Origin: a virus
Lineage: Duplodnaviria; Heunggongvirae; Uroviricota; Caudoviricetes
Reading direction: 5' to 3' (one strand)
Length of the DNA: 55,157 nt
IMG/VR virus record: IMGVR_UViG_2721755660_000006
Coordinates: 1-55,157 of that record
A model generated the notes under the pieces. The model was not told the DNA's origin. It searched no databases and saw nothing but the letters and a program-made list of their open reading frames with translations. Below are positions 9,879 to 18,576 of this stretch, one piece after another. The translations under genes and the position numbers were made by a program. Every line of letters starts with the position of its first letter. The first letter of the stretch is position 1.

Positions 9879-10409
9879 TTAACTTACAACGTCTAAGGCG
9901 TCTTTATTGTTTGTTGTGTCTATGCCTAACGATCCTACATTTGAACCTACTTTCATTTCGCCCAATAAAATTGGCACTGGTCTACCCTGGCCCACCCTGT
10001 TTTCTATGCTGGTGTAACTGTTGTTTGTTATGGTGTTATCCTGTGCGCTTTCTGATGATGTTTTCACCTTCATGTTGCGAGACATGAAAATAGAAAATGC
10101 GACACTAACAACTGATATTCCGATCATAATCCAACCGACCACACCGATCCCTGCAATACCACCTTCCACTATTGGCGCAATAATTACCGTAGTCCCATCT
10201 GGATATTTGCTATTAACCGCAGCGGGCGCGGTCTTTTCGTCGTAATCTTTCCCGGCAATTCGTAAACGCAAAGGTGTATTTAAAAACTCCTTCTTGAATT
10301 CCTGATTCTGCGCGGTCAACAAGCGAAGTCCTTGCGCTGGCGTTTCAACGTTTAAATACACTTTGCTGTAATATCTTCGAAGATTGCCCGTAAATCTAAA
10401 TTTGAGCAT
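9879..10409 (-). CDS. Tail assembly protein (lambda gpI-like)
   Basis: 176 aa; pattern matches lambda I (RIAGKD, glycine-rich hydrophobic middle, PILLGEMKVGS); overlaps the K gene as in lambda. Confidence 0.8.
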   Translation of the reverse strand: MLKFRFTGNLRRYYSKVYLNVETPAQGLRLLTAQNQEFKKEFLNTPLRLRIAGKDYDEKTAPAAVNSKYPDGTTVIIAPIVEGGIAGIGVVGWIMIGISVVSVAFSIFMSRNMKVKTSSESAQDNTITNNSYTSIENRVGQGRPVPILLGEMKVGSNVGSLGIDTTNNKDALDVVS

Positions 10410-11083
10410 TTATCAGATCTCCATATTGAATGCGTTTGTCGAACATAAGCGGGCCGCATTTGCTCGCGGCGGCTTAGCAGTCCGGCATTGTCATGATGCA
10501 AAACAGTGTTATCTCCCAGGTAAATCATCGCGTGGCATGGGTCCGCGCCTTTAAACGGCTGCCGGATAATTACATCTCCAGGCTGGATGCTTTGCGCGTC
10601 AACCTGATAAAACCCGTTTAGCGGCAAGTTTTTTAAATACAGGTTTTCACCACGCAACCACCACCCATCAAGGCGCTCGAAGTCTGGCAGATCCACGCCG
10701 CAAAGGTGATAGGCGTCGCGGAAAAGCGCGTAGCAGTCTGTTTTCCCGTGTTCAAATTTTCTGCCTAACAGGTGCGCTACCGGACGGAATTTCCTGATCC
10801 TTCCGCCTGAATACAAAAGCCAGGGTAGGCCTGAAATAACTTGCTGTTGTCGATCCCGTGCAGACAATACCGGAATATCATCAACGTGAGAGTGAAAAAC
10901 GGCGGTTATAACGCCTAATTCGTCAGCTTTAATGTAATCGTCAGGCGAAATCTTGAAGCTGTTGTAAGGCGTTTCAGACACGTTAGCGCACGGGTAAAAA
11001 TATTCGTTATCTATTACCAGTCCGCAAACTTCTTCAAACGGATGCGCGGCGGCATAACGCAACATTTTGTCTTCCATCACCAT
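10352..11083 (-). CDS. Tail assembly protein (lambda gpK-like)
   Basis: Synteny between L and I; start refined to the internal Met (MVMEDKML) abutting the L stop. Confidence 0.75.
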   Translation of the reverse strand: MVMEDKMLRYAAAHPFEEVCGLVIDNEYFYPCANVSETPYNSFKISPDDYIKADELGVITAVFHSHVDDIPVLSARDRQQQVISGLPWLLYSGGRIRKFRPVAHLLGRKFEHGKTDCYALFRDAYHLCGVDLPDFERLDGWWLRGENLYLKNLPLNGFYQVDAQSIQPGDVIIRQPFKGADPCHAMIYLGDNTVLHHDNAGLLSRREQMRPAYVRQTHSIWRSDKCSNLDLRAIFEDITAKCI

Positions 11084-11085
11084 GA

Positions 11086-11790
11086 TTAACCTACCTTGCT
11101 GGAACCAGGGAAACAGGAAATTGGTAACGGATTTGGACGCGGGAAACGTAAACGACAACCGCTCAAGCGGTGGCTGCATCTGTCGGCTTTAGGATCGCTT
11201 GTCGGCTCGTCTTTATCGTTTGCCACTGGTCCGCCAGAGTACATACATCCGTCGCCTCTGTATTGCCACTGGCAAACGTCAGCAAGGATGGTGCGCCCAG
11301 GGATAACGGCCTTGTCAGCATCAATTGGGGTTGACAGTTCATATTGCACCTGATCCGCTGTTTCCTCGCTCATGGCCTCCACGACGTAAAAAGATACAGC
11401 CTCAATAGATGGATCTGCATCTGGATTGCCGTTTGGGAAGTTAACGGCGTCCAGGTATTTTACTTCCACCTGGCGGCGCGTAACCTTCATTCCTCGCAGG
11501 TCGTTGAAGTCGTTATTCATCCCTGTGATTAGCCCGCCGATATTGGCTACAACCATTTGAGGCCGCGAATAAACGCCCTCGTTTTTCATTTCGAAGCCAG
11601 TAGCCTCGATCGGGTAGCTGTTGTAAGTTAATCCCTTCCAGATAACCGGGCCGTAATAGCCATTCGCGCCGGAATGGAAGCGGATAACCTCGCCACCCAG
11701 GGGCGACAAGTCCAGTTCGAACAAGTCAATCACCGCTCCCACACCAGCGTCCACGGAATCAATAATCATCTCTGTAGGTATATTGCGCAT
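11086..11790 (-). CDS. Minor tail protein (lambda gpL-like)
   Basis: Aligns by eye with lambda L (FLDAVNF-NGN, DRCS-RLSGC); start refined to MRNIP, preceded by AGGTGA Shine-Dalgarno. Confidence 0.85.
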   Translation of the reverse strand: MRNIPTEMIIDSVDAGVGAVIDLFELDLSPLGGEVIRFHSGANGYYGPVIWKGLTYNSYPIEATGFEMKNEGVYSRPQMVVANIGGLITGMNNDFNDLRGMKVTRRQVEVKYLDAVNFPNGNPDADPSIEAVSFYVVEAMSEETADQVQYELSTPIDADKAVIPGRTILADVCQWQYRGDGCMYSGGPVANDKDEPTSDPKADRCSHRLSGCRLRFPRPNPLPISCFPGSSKVG

Positions 11791-11919
11791 TTTCTCACCT
11801 TCTGATTTTGTGATCTGCGTCACGCCAAATCATACCAAAATGGATTGATCGCGGTTTATACAATATGTATATTTTACTCAAACGGAAGCACAGTTAACAA
11901 AATGGCGCGGAGGTGTGAG

Positions 11920-12075
11920 ATGGCTGATAAGGTGTGGAGGTTGAAGGTATTTCTGACAGACGGAAGGGAAATGACTGTTGCCCTGTATAAAGATGAAGGC
12001 GATGCACTTACTGACGCGCTCTTACTCGCTGAAGACGAAAGAGTTTTGGGATACAGACTCGAACCTGTCAAATGA
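11920..12075 (+). CDS. Hypothetical small protein (moron island A, gene 1)
   Basis: 51-codon ORF with GGAGGTG Shine-Dalgarno; plus strand, antisense to the tail genes. Confidence 0.5.
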   Translation: MADKVWRLKVFLTDGREMTVALYKDEGDALTDALLLAEDERVLGYRLEPVK

Positions 12076-12087
12076 TGGTTTAACAAA

Positions 12088-12438
12088 ATGCAAAAATATA
12101 GTTTAGAAATATGGACTGATAAATGTGAATGGGAGCGCATGGGCCTGTTCGACACATACGTCGCAGCGCGTGATGAAGGTCGTGAGTTACTTCGCTGTTG
12201 GTCTAACGCTCGTGATTTTGATATTACTCCGGTGCAAGTGCCGGATAAGGTGGAAGAGATGAACCCGAAAGATATTAACTTTAACGTCAATGTTGAATTT
12301 GCAGACTCTATGGATCAGTCTTGCCCTGGTGAAATACACGCAAAAGGTTTCCCGGCAGACGATCCGCAAGCAAAACGCGAATACGAAAAAGCTGCGAAAG
12401 ACTTCTGCATAGATAACCTGGGCGCATTCGATAAATAA
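12088..12438 (+). CDS. Hypothetical protein (moron island A, gene 2)
   Basis: 116-aa ORF closely following gene 1 on the plus strand. Confidence 0.55.
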   Translation: MQKYSLEIWTDKCEWERMGLFDTYVAARDEGRELLRCWSNARDFDITPVQVPDKVEEMNPKDINFNVNVEFADSMDQSCPGEIHAKGFPADDPQAKREYEKAAKDFCIDNLGAFDK

Positions 12439-12447
12439 GGCGGCAAC

Positions 12448-12696
12448 ATGGGGCGGCGCAATCACGGTGATTATGTGTACACGTTGAAACAGGCCGCCCG
12501 CCTCATCGGTTATCATGAGCACGAATTTATTGATTTGCTGATTGAGCGCGGGATACTGTACCAGGTCTGTTTAACGCTGTACCCGAAAGCGAAATACCTA
12601 CAGGAAAAGTTATTCATCATCATGACGGATGAAAACCAGGTGAATCATTCATTCGTCACTGATAAGGGATTGACATACCTGAAGGGGGCGTTATGA
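12448..12696 (+). CDS. Hypothetical protein, possible HTH DNA-binding (moron island A, gene 3)
   Basis: 82-aa ORF 10 bp after gene 2; helix-turn-helix-like segment (TLKQAARLIGYHEHEFIDLLIERG); followed by a terminator. Confidence 0.5.
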   Translation: MGRRNHGDYVYTLKQAARLIGYHEHEFIDLLIERGILYQVCLTLYPKAKYLQEKLFIIMTDENQVNHSFVTDKGLTYLKGAL

Positions 12697-12767
12697 GATG
12701 TGCGAAAATTACGTTATGGAAGTGATTATTATCATCATTGGATTGTTATGTATTCTGCTATCGACAC

Positions 12768-12790
12768 TATAAACCCCGCTTCGCGCGGGG
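12768..12790. terminator. Bidirectional terminator hairpin between island A and a minus-strand small gene
   Basis: CCCCGCTTCGCGCGGGG hairpin between convergent ORF ends. Confidence 0.55.
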
Positions 12791-12796
12791 TCGTGT

Positions 12797-12997
12797 TTAT
12801 ACGCCATCAAGCAAAAATAATACTTCCCTACCCTCTCTCGATCTGCATCCGACATACCCGTCACCAACATCATGAAGATACCAGATCTCGCCATTATCAG
12901 CCTTTACAGTAAGATCGTTGATTTCATAGTCGTCAAACAATGTAAAAGCGCCAGTGCGGTCCACTACACAAATACCATACATATTAACCTCCATCAT
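12797..12997 (-). CDS. Hypothetical small protein downstream of gpM
   Basis: 66-aa ORF whose start overlaps the M stop region (coupling-like arrangement). Confidence 0.45.
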   Translation of the reverse strand: MMEVNMYGICVVDRTGAFTLFDDYEINDLTVKADNGEIWYLHDVGDGYVGCRSREGREVLFLLDGV

Positions 12998-13359
12998 CTG
13001 ACGACCTGCTCAAACGTTGCGTTTAGCGTGTACAAAGACCCGTCTTTAGTCATGCTCCATCGGCGGCAAACAAAAAGCCTTTGCACGTTATCCATCGACG
13101 GCGACCAGTAAAAAGCCTCGACAGCGCCGCGCGCCCTCAAGAATGCTTCCGCCTGGATCGCTACATTCCCACCATCGCCGCATCCTGCACTACTGCCTTT
13201 AAAAACCAGGGTGTAACTATCCAGTAATGTGTTAATCCCTTTCGCCTGGCGTTGTTCATACCCATCACCAAGTTTAATGACAGATACGTTTGGCTCCCTG
13301 GTCACGCTGTAGCTTCTTTGCGGCGTCCATCTGAAAACTTCCGGCATAAAACCCCCCAT
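12994..13359 (-). CDS. Minor tail protein (lambda gpM-like)
   Basis: 121 aa; aligns with lambda M (FRW, GDGY-QR, C-terminal FEQVV). Confidence 0.85.
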   Translation of the reverse strand: MGGFMPEVFRWTPQRSYSVTREPNVSVIKLGDGYEQRQAKGINTLLDSYTLVFKGSSAGCGDGGNVAIQAEAFLRARGAVEAFYWSPSMDNVQRLFVCRRWSMTKDGSLYTLNATFEQVVR

Positions 13360-13515
13360 AAGTTACATTTTGTATATATATTTACGCGCTTCTACGCGAA
13401 AAATGAGATCTTCATCACAATGATTATAGCTAGTTTACAAAATGGCTTCACATAGTACGAAACAAGATGTATACATAAAGCAAGAAGAAAGCAGTACCAA
13501 CGAAGGAGGCCCAAA

Positions 13516-13670
13516 ATGAAACGCTATGTAGTGGTAATGCTAAACAACGCATTCGAACAAGTGGAAATAGCAATCGTTAAGGGTTTCGACGACGCATTCA
13601 AATACGGTCAATTCATGATGAATGCAAAAGAAGATGAATACCGGGACTTCTTCCTGAAGGCACTTAACTA
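13516..13670 (+). CDS. Hypothetical small protein (moron island B, gene 1)
   Basis: 51-codon ORF (MKRYVVVMLNNAFEQ...DFFLKALN) with strong AAGGAGG Shine-Dalgarno; not in the supplied track (under 60 aa). Confidence 0.5.
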
Positions 13671-13688
13671 AGGATGATGGGGTGAGTT

Positions 13689-13943
13689 ATGAAACTGGTA
13701 GCGATTGACAAAAATCTGAAAGCACAGAAAAACGCGCCGGGACATGTAGTCAAAAAAGCAAAGGAACTTTTGAACGCGTTTTTAAACAAGAATGCGTCAC
13801 CCAAAAAATTGAAAGACGGTTACGGCTACGCCTTCCGCGCCAATTTAGACTGGCGAGTCTATAGCCAGGATCTGAAAGAGTGGGTGATTGTTGAACACCA
13901 TAAATTCAATGAATTGTCTGGCGTTCGCGGTTGCCATAAGTGA
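13689..13943 (+). CDS. Hypothetical protein, possibly RelE/ParE-like toxin fold (moron island B, gene 2)
   Basis: 84 aa; C-terminal KKLKDGYGYAFRANLDWRVYSQDLKEWVIVEHHK resembles the RelE/YafQ-type pattern by eye; unverified. Confidence 0.5.
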   Translation: MKLVAIDKNLKAQKNAPGHVVKKAKELLNAFLNKNASPKKLKDGYGYAFRANLDWRVYSQDLKEWVIVEHHKFNELSGVRGCHK

Positions 13944-14060
13944 GGTGGTATGGAGGACGATAAATTCACCTGGAGGGAGATCTGGAATATTTGGTTGGTG
14001 ATGTTTTCTCGCAGCTATATAGCCAGAAACGGAAGATTGTAATTTGCGGAGGAAAATAAA

Positions 14061-14237
14061 ATGAAAAACCAGGCAAATAAAAGCAATGTAAAACGTATAG
14101 CCTGGATCGTAAAATGGATGGATAGTAAAGGAGACACATATACTGAACCATTTTTCAAACATACTGATGCAGTATTTGCAAGAAGTGTAAGAGGCGGGAA
14201 AATTGAAAGAGGATATACAAGTTTTGAGAATAACTAA
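14061..14237 (+). CDS. Hypothetical small protein (moron island B, gene 3)
   Basis: 58-codon ORF with GGAGGA Shine-Dalgarno, followed by a terminator. Confidence 0.45.
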   Translation: MKNQANKSNVKRIAWIVKWMDSKGDTYTEPFFKHTDAVFARSVRGGKIERGYTSFENN

Positions 14238-14242
14238 AAGAT

Positions 14243-14266
14243 AACCCCGGCATTGTACCGGGGTTT
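14243..14266. terminator. Terminator hairpin ending moron island B
   Basis: CCCCGGCATTGTACCGGGG hairpin followed by a T-rich run; the tape measure gene begins beyond it. Confidence 0.6.
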
Positions 14267-14269
14267 CGT

Positions 14270-16618
14270 TTATTTGCGGCGCGGTTGCAATATTCCGCCT
14301 GGTCGTTGTGATTCCCTTGTTATCATTTTCATTGCTACACGTTCCATTGTCTGCTCAAGTCTGCGGCTGTCCTCGTCGCTAAATCCGTTTGTGGTCTGAA
14401 TGTTGATATTGACAGGCATACTAATGCCGCCGCCACCGCCAATGTCACGGCCAGGAATAACCCTGCCATTCTCGCCAGGGATCATATATTGATTTCCGTT
14501 AGATGTCTGGAATAGCTCCGGCCTGTTGTGTTCCCCTACACGGTACATATTGCCACCAATGACGCTACCACCATTAAAGCGACCGCCGCCAAAAATTGAC
14601 GTAGCCAGCGACATGATCGCAGTAAGTGCCGCAGAACCAGCCGCCGCCCAGCTACCGCCAGTTGCCGCCGCAGTTGCCGCCGCTGCCGGGGCCGCAGCCG
14701 CCGCAATGCTCCCCTGAGCGGCTACCGCGCTTGCCGTTGTGCTGGCCTGCGTGGCCTTGCTTTGTGTCTCCATCATGATCTGATCTGCTATCCAGTTGGC
14801 TGCTATGTCTGAGAGTCTGTTACCGATATTGCCGAGTATATTGCTTCCTAAGTTAGCAAAAACATCACTCAATGATTGAGTACCGTTTAACAGGCCAACA
14901 AGCGCATTGCTCATGCCACCTTTAAGGCCATTAACGCAATCACCGATCAGGCCGTTAGTGTCGCTTTGCGCTTGCCACTGCTCCCACTTCAGATCGCGGA
15001 TCTGTTGCTCATAGGCTAACAATTCCTGTTTCTGTTGCGCTTCAGTAACGCCCAGGTCGATAAGCATTTGCTTACGGACGGCCCATTCATTTTGTGCCTG
15101 CTGAATAGGGTCAACCTCGCCTTTAAGCTGATCCATCGGGCTTACTATTTGCGCCCATTTATCACGCAATTCATCTACCGGAATTTGCGCTAATTCTTCC
15201 TTCAGTTCCTTACCTATCCCTTTTTGCGCGGCGCGGTACTCAAGGAGAGTGATTTTACCCTGGGCGAATGCAGCATCAATGGCCTTGCCGTTCTCTAACG
15301 CTTTGCGCATAGCTGCGGCGTCTTTGTTGTACTGGTCGGATACTTTTATGCCTTCATCACCAAGCCGATCAGCTTCAGATTTCTTGTCTTTTTTCCCTTT
15401 TTTCCCTTTTTTCGGCTTGCCAACTGGCTGATCGAATCCGGTGATCTTGCCGTCATCAGCCTCGCCCTGTTTCTGCATAAACTCATCATAAACGGCGGTC
15501 GCATTTTTGATGTCATTTGCAAACGTCATGACCTTACCGACTGTAGGGCCGAATTTCTTTTCGTTGTTGCTGTTTAGCTCATTCTTGCGTTTATCAATGA
15601 TCTCCTTCATCCATTTGTAGCCATCCATTAGCGCTTTGATTGGCGTTACCATCCTGATAATCTCTTCCGCCACCTCACCAGCTTTAACAGCAACATCATC
15701 AAACATGTCGATAAACTCACTGCCAGCCGTTTTTAGTGTATTGAAACAGGTTGCGGCGAATTTTGCGCCTTTACCTAATCCCTCAACGCCACCAGTTATT
15801 AAGTCGATAGCTGACACAACGCCATCTGATATGCCGAAAAGATCATCAAGTTGTTCGACAAGTCCCATCACCTCGACTTTAAGCTCATTAAAAGCCATAC
15901 CGGACGTGCGCGGTAACTGTGCAAACTTCTCGTTTGTTTCCTGCGTAGCCGCCTGGATCGCGTTGAGCATCCTTTCAGCCGTGATCTTGCCGTCCAGCAT
16001 TTCGGCGCGGAACTGCCCCATAGATAACCCCATCTGTCGGGCCATTTCCTGTATGATTGTTGGGGTGTTATCACGTATTGAGTTGAACTCTTCCGCCTGC
16101 AACACGCCAGCATCAATAGCCTGGCGGAACTGAAGCATGGAGTTTGATAGTTGTTCCGCAGACACGCCGCCCAAGTTACCAAGTTTTTGCAGCGTGCTGA
16201 CCAGGTTGAGCACCTGGCCTTCTGTGGCGGATGTGTTTTTTAGCGATATAGCAAGACCTTGCCACAGGGCACCAGTATCCTTGAGGCTTTGGCCTGTTTC
16301 TTTTGATATTTCTTTCAGTCTGTTGAAAACCCGTTCCGTTGCCTCCGCTTCACCTGTAAGCAATTTGATTTTTACGCGAAGCATTTTTGCCTGTTCCGCC
16401 ATATCCATAAATTGGCGCACCGCTTCCGCAGCAAGTAGCAGATGGATGACCCTGGTCAGTGCTTTGATTGATGTCTTCAGCGTGTTTACCTGGCGGTCAG
16501 CACGTTTTGCGCCGCGCTCTATACGGTCAAAAGCCTGGTCGGCCTGGCGTTGTGCAACGAGAAGTTGACCAGTTTTAGCGTCAACCTCGTAATAAATTGT
16601 ACCTACACTGGTAGCCAT
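14270..16618 (-). CDS. Tail tape measure protein
   Basis: 782 aa, largely alpha-helical with Ala/Gly-rich hydrophobic C-terminal segment; positioned between chaperone and M as in lambda H. Confidence 0.8.
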   Translation of the reverse strand: MATSVGTIYYEVDAKTGQLLVAQRQADQAFDRIERGAKRADRQVNTLKTSIKALTRVIHLLLAAEAVRQFMDMAEQAKMLRVKIKLLTGEAEATERVFNRLKEISKETGQSLKDTGALWQGLAISLKNTSATEGQVLNLVSTLQKLGNLGGVSAEQLSNSMLQFRQAIDAGVLQAEEFNSIRDNTPTIIQEMARQMGLSMGQFRAEMLDGKITAERMLNAIQAATQETNEKFAQLPRTSGMAFNELKVEVMGLVEQLDDLFGISDGVVSAIDLITGGVEGLGKGAKFAATCFNTLKTAGSEFIDMFDDVAVKAGEVAEEIIRMVTPIKALMDGYKWMKEIIDKRKNELNSNNEKKFGPTVGKVMTFANDIKNATAVYDEFMQKQGEADDGKITGFDQPVGKPKKGKKGKKDKKSEADRLGDEGIKVSDQYNKDAAAMRKALENGKAIDAAFAQGKITLLEYRAAQKGIGKELKEELAQIPVDELRDKWAQIVSPMDQLKGEVDPIQQAQNEWAVRKQMLIDLGVTEAQQKQELLAYEQQIRDLKWEQWQAQSDTNGLIGDCVNGLKGGMSNALVGLLNGTQSLSDVFANLGSNILGNIGNRLSDIAANWIADQIMMETQSKATQASTTASAVAAQGSIAAAAAPAAAATAAATGGSWAAAGSAALTAIMSLATSIFGGGRFNGGSVIGGNMYRVGEHNRPELFQTSNGNQYMIPGENGRVIPGRDIGGGGGISMPVNINIQTTNGFSDEDSRRLEQTMERVAMKMITRESQRPGGILQPRRK

Positions 16619-16775
16619 GATTTAACCTCATACAAAATGTGATCTATGCCTCTATTTTATACAAAATGGCTTTACTGTAACGACTCCATTTTGTATAAAG
16701 AGGCTAAAGGAAAGGGATAGAGCAAAGGGATTTAAAAGGCCGGATTAACCGGGGGAAGCGAAGGAGGATAAGAAA

Positions 16776-16859
16776 ATGAAAAACGTAAACTACCGCCCCA
16801 ATGAACATGAACGCTATGCGGACTTCATCGAGGAAATGTTAAAAGCACTTAAAAAATAA
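16776..16859 (+). CDS. Hypothetical mini-protein (moron island C, 27 aa)
   Basis: GAAGGAGGA Shine-Dalgarno then ATG; sequence MKNVNYRPNEHERYADFIEEMLKALKK; C-terminus resembles island B gene 1. Confidence 0.35.
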   Translation: MKNVNYRPNEHERYADFIEEMLKALKK

Positions 16860-16927
16860 ACAATATGCGTGTATAACTAAGTTAAATGAAGCATTTAGCA
16901 AATTAGAATAAGCGGTAGGAGTTGATT

Positions 16928-17341
16928 ATGAAACGGTTAGCAAAAATGGCACTTACTGTGATTGCCGCACTCGCATTTAACGCGAACGCTAACGAGGCCA
17001 TAAGCATTAACTGTGAAGAAGTGGCAAACCATGTAGCCGCATATCACGACATGATCAAAAAAGAACCTGCCGCGCCAGCAATTCTTTTTAAGGCAATTGA
17101 TAAAAAATTTGAAGGTAAACCAGTTTATGCTCGTTGGTTTAATTATGGCCTTGTAAACGAGGCCGCTGTAGGCGTAGTCTTTGAAAATAATAGCGAAATA
17201 AAAAACAGGATAGCAAACGAGTGTAAGGCAAATAAAGTTGCTTTCGCGGAAAGAATTTTTAATGAAGGCGGCGCGGGTGCAAAAAATCACGCAATTGTAG
17301 ATTTGGGTAACGGTTTTATTGATATTGTTAGAATCAAATAA
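16928..17341 (+). CDS. Secreted/periplasmic hypothetical protein (moron island C)
   Basis: 137 aa with cleavable signal peptide (MKRLAKMALTVIAALAFNANA); TAGGAG Shine-Dalgarno; terminator follows. Confidence 0.65.
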   Translation: MKRLAKMALTVIAALAFNANANEAISINCEEVANHVAAYHDMIKKEPAAPAILFKAIDKKFEGKPVYARWFNYGLVNEAAVGVVFENNSEIKNRIANECKANKVAFAERIFNEGGAGAKNHAIVDLGNGFIDIVRIK

Positions 17342-17347
17342 GATGAA

Positions 17348-17372
17348 CGCCCGGATCTACCGGGCTTTTTCT
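17348..17372 (+). terminator. Rho-independent terminator after the secreted-protein gene
   Basis: CCCGGATCTACCGGG hairpin plus CTTTTTCTT. Confidence 0.65.
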
Positions 17373-18043
17373 TGCTTGCTATTTTTCATTCTTTCTAGTG
17401 CCTTTTTAGCGGCCTCCATTTGCTCGTCATAAGCACGTTTATTTATGTGAACGTTTGGCTTGCTTCTCTCGTTTCTTTCGTCTGGCGGCGTTTTAGCGCG
17501 TACAGCGGCCCTATATCCGGTCATTGTCATATTCCACGCTTCTGATTCAGATAATCCCAGGTGAGCTACGGCAGAATAAACGAATTCCAGCACGTTAAAA
17601 GTCGGCTTATATTCCCCTTCCCGGATCTCTCCGGCGTCTTCTTCTGGCCCGTCACCGATTAACCCGTGGTACATGCAATGTTGCGCCAGCGTGATAACGT
17701 CACTGGTCGGCATCAGTCCGGGTTTTAGTCGCAATTTGCCGGAAGGAGTAAACCTACATTCACCAAATAACGGGCCTATTTCGTCTTCTGAGCAACATTT
17801 CAGGATGTGTATTGACGTTTGCACTATCTCACCATAACACCGCGCCAGAATGCGATTGCGTAGGTCTGGATCTGCTGGCAATCGTGATGGATATTTGCCA
17901 CCGTGGATGGTTGCGAAGTATTCGACCAGTTCTCTGTCACTGCCGATCTTAGCCATTGCAGCGAAACAGGGATTAAACACATACCGCCTGCCGTCTACCA
18001 CCGCCGCAAATTGTCCTGTTCGAACATGAATCATAGTTTTCAC
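17357..18043 (-). CDS. Putative tail assembly chaperone
   Basis: 228-aa ORF in the position between major tail protein and tape measure; no family motif recognised. Confidence 0.4.
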   Translation of the reverse strand: MKTMIHVRTGQFAAVVDGRRYVFNPCFAAMAKIGSDRELVEYFATIHGGKYPSRLPADPDLRNRILARCYGEIVQTSIHILKCCSEDEIGPLFGECRFTPSGKLRLKPGLMPTSDVITLAQHCMYHGLIGDGPEEDAGEIREGEYKPTFNVLEFVYSAVAHLGLSESEAWNMTMTGYRAAVRAKTPPDERNERSKPNVHINKRAYDEQMEAAKKALERMKNSKQEKAR

Positions 18044-18051
18044 CCTAAAAG

Positions 18052-18072
18052 AAAGGGGCCAACGGCCCCGAT
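18052..18072 (-). terminator. Terminator after the major tail protein gene
   Basis: GGGGCCGTTGGCCCC hairpin followed by TTTCTTTT on the minus strand. Confidence 0.6.
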
Positions 18073-18087
18073 TATTAATATTGATTA

Positions 18088-18564
18088 TTATGCTGCTGGG
18101 ATGTCGCCAACCGTCACCTTACCAGCGCTTGAGCACTCAATAGACCAGGTGGAGACATCATCGTTCGGGTCTTCCTCTTTAAAGGAAGTGCAAAGGAATG
18201 GACCTTCAGTTACATCAACCGGAGAAACAAGTTTAAGCCACACATAAGGCTGAGATCCGGTTGTTTCACCAGGGTTAATAACGTGACGCTTCAGTTCTTT
18301 CTGATTATGGATTGCTTCAGTACGCGATACACCATCGCCGGAGAAAGAAACAGATTTGTAAGTAACCATTGATTCTTTCGTGTAGTCTGCTGATTTATCA
18401 GCGGTGGCGTCTGCGGTTTCCCATTCGACGGAAAGCGTTTTGCCGCGCATCATTCCTAACGCTTTGTAATCGTCATCTAACGGCTTCGCGTTAGGACAAG
18501 CGATAGCGTAGAATACAGCCACGTCGCGGCCCAAAAACGCGCCCTTTTCGCAAGTCTGAGACAT
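18088..18564 (-). CDS. Major tail tube protein
   Basis: 158 aa; position and size typical of siphovirus major tail protein; terminator downstream. Confidence 0.65.
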   Translation of the reverse strand: MSQTCEKGAFLGRDVAVFYAIACPNAKPLDDDYKALGMMRGKTLSVEWETADATADKSADYTKESMVTYKSVSFSGDGVSRTEAIHNQKELKRHVINPGETTGSQPYVWLKLVSPVDVTEGPFLCTSFKEEDPNDDVSTWSIECSSAGKVTVGDIPAA

Positions 18565-18576
18565 GTTTATTACCTC

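Noticed and set aside
13845-14162. 105-aa minus-strand ORF in moron island B
   Set aside because: Competes with plus-strand small ORFs that have strong Shine-Dalgarno sequences and a downstream terminator; no ribosome-binding site and AT-rich codon usage.
15636-16568. Plus-strand ORFs (165 and 143 aa) antisense to the tape measure gene
   Set aside because: Wholly contained in the tape measure coding region with no translation signals; antisense artefacts.
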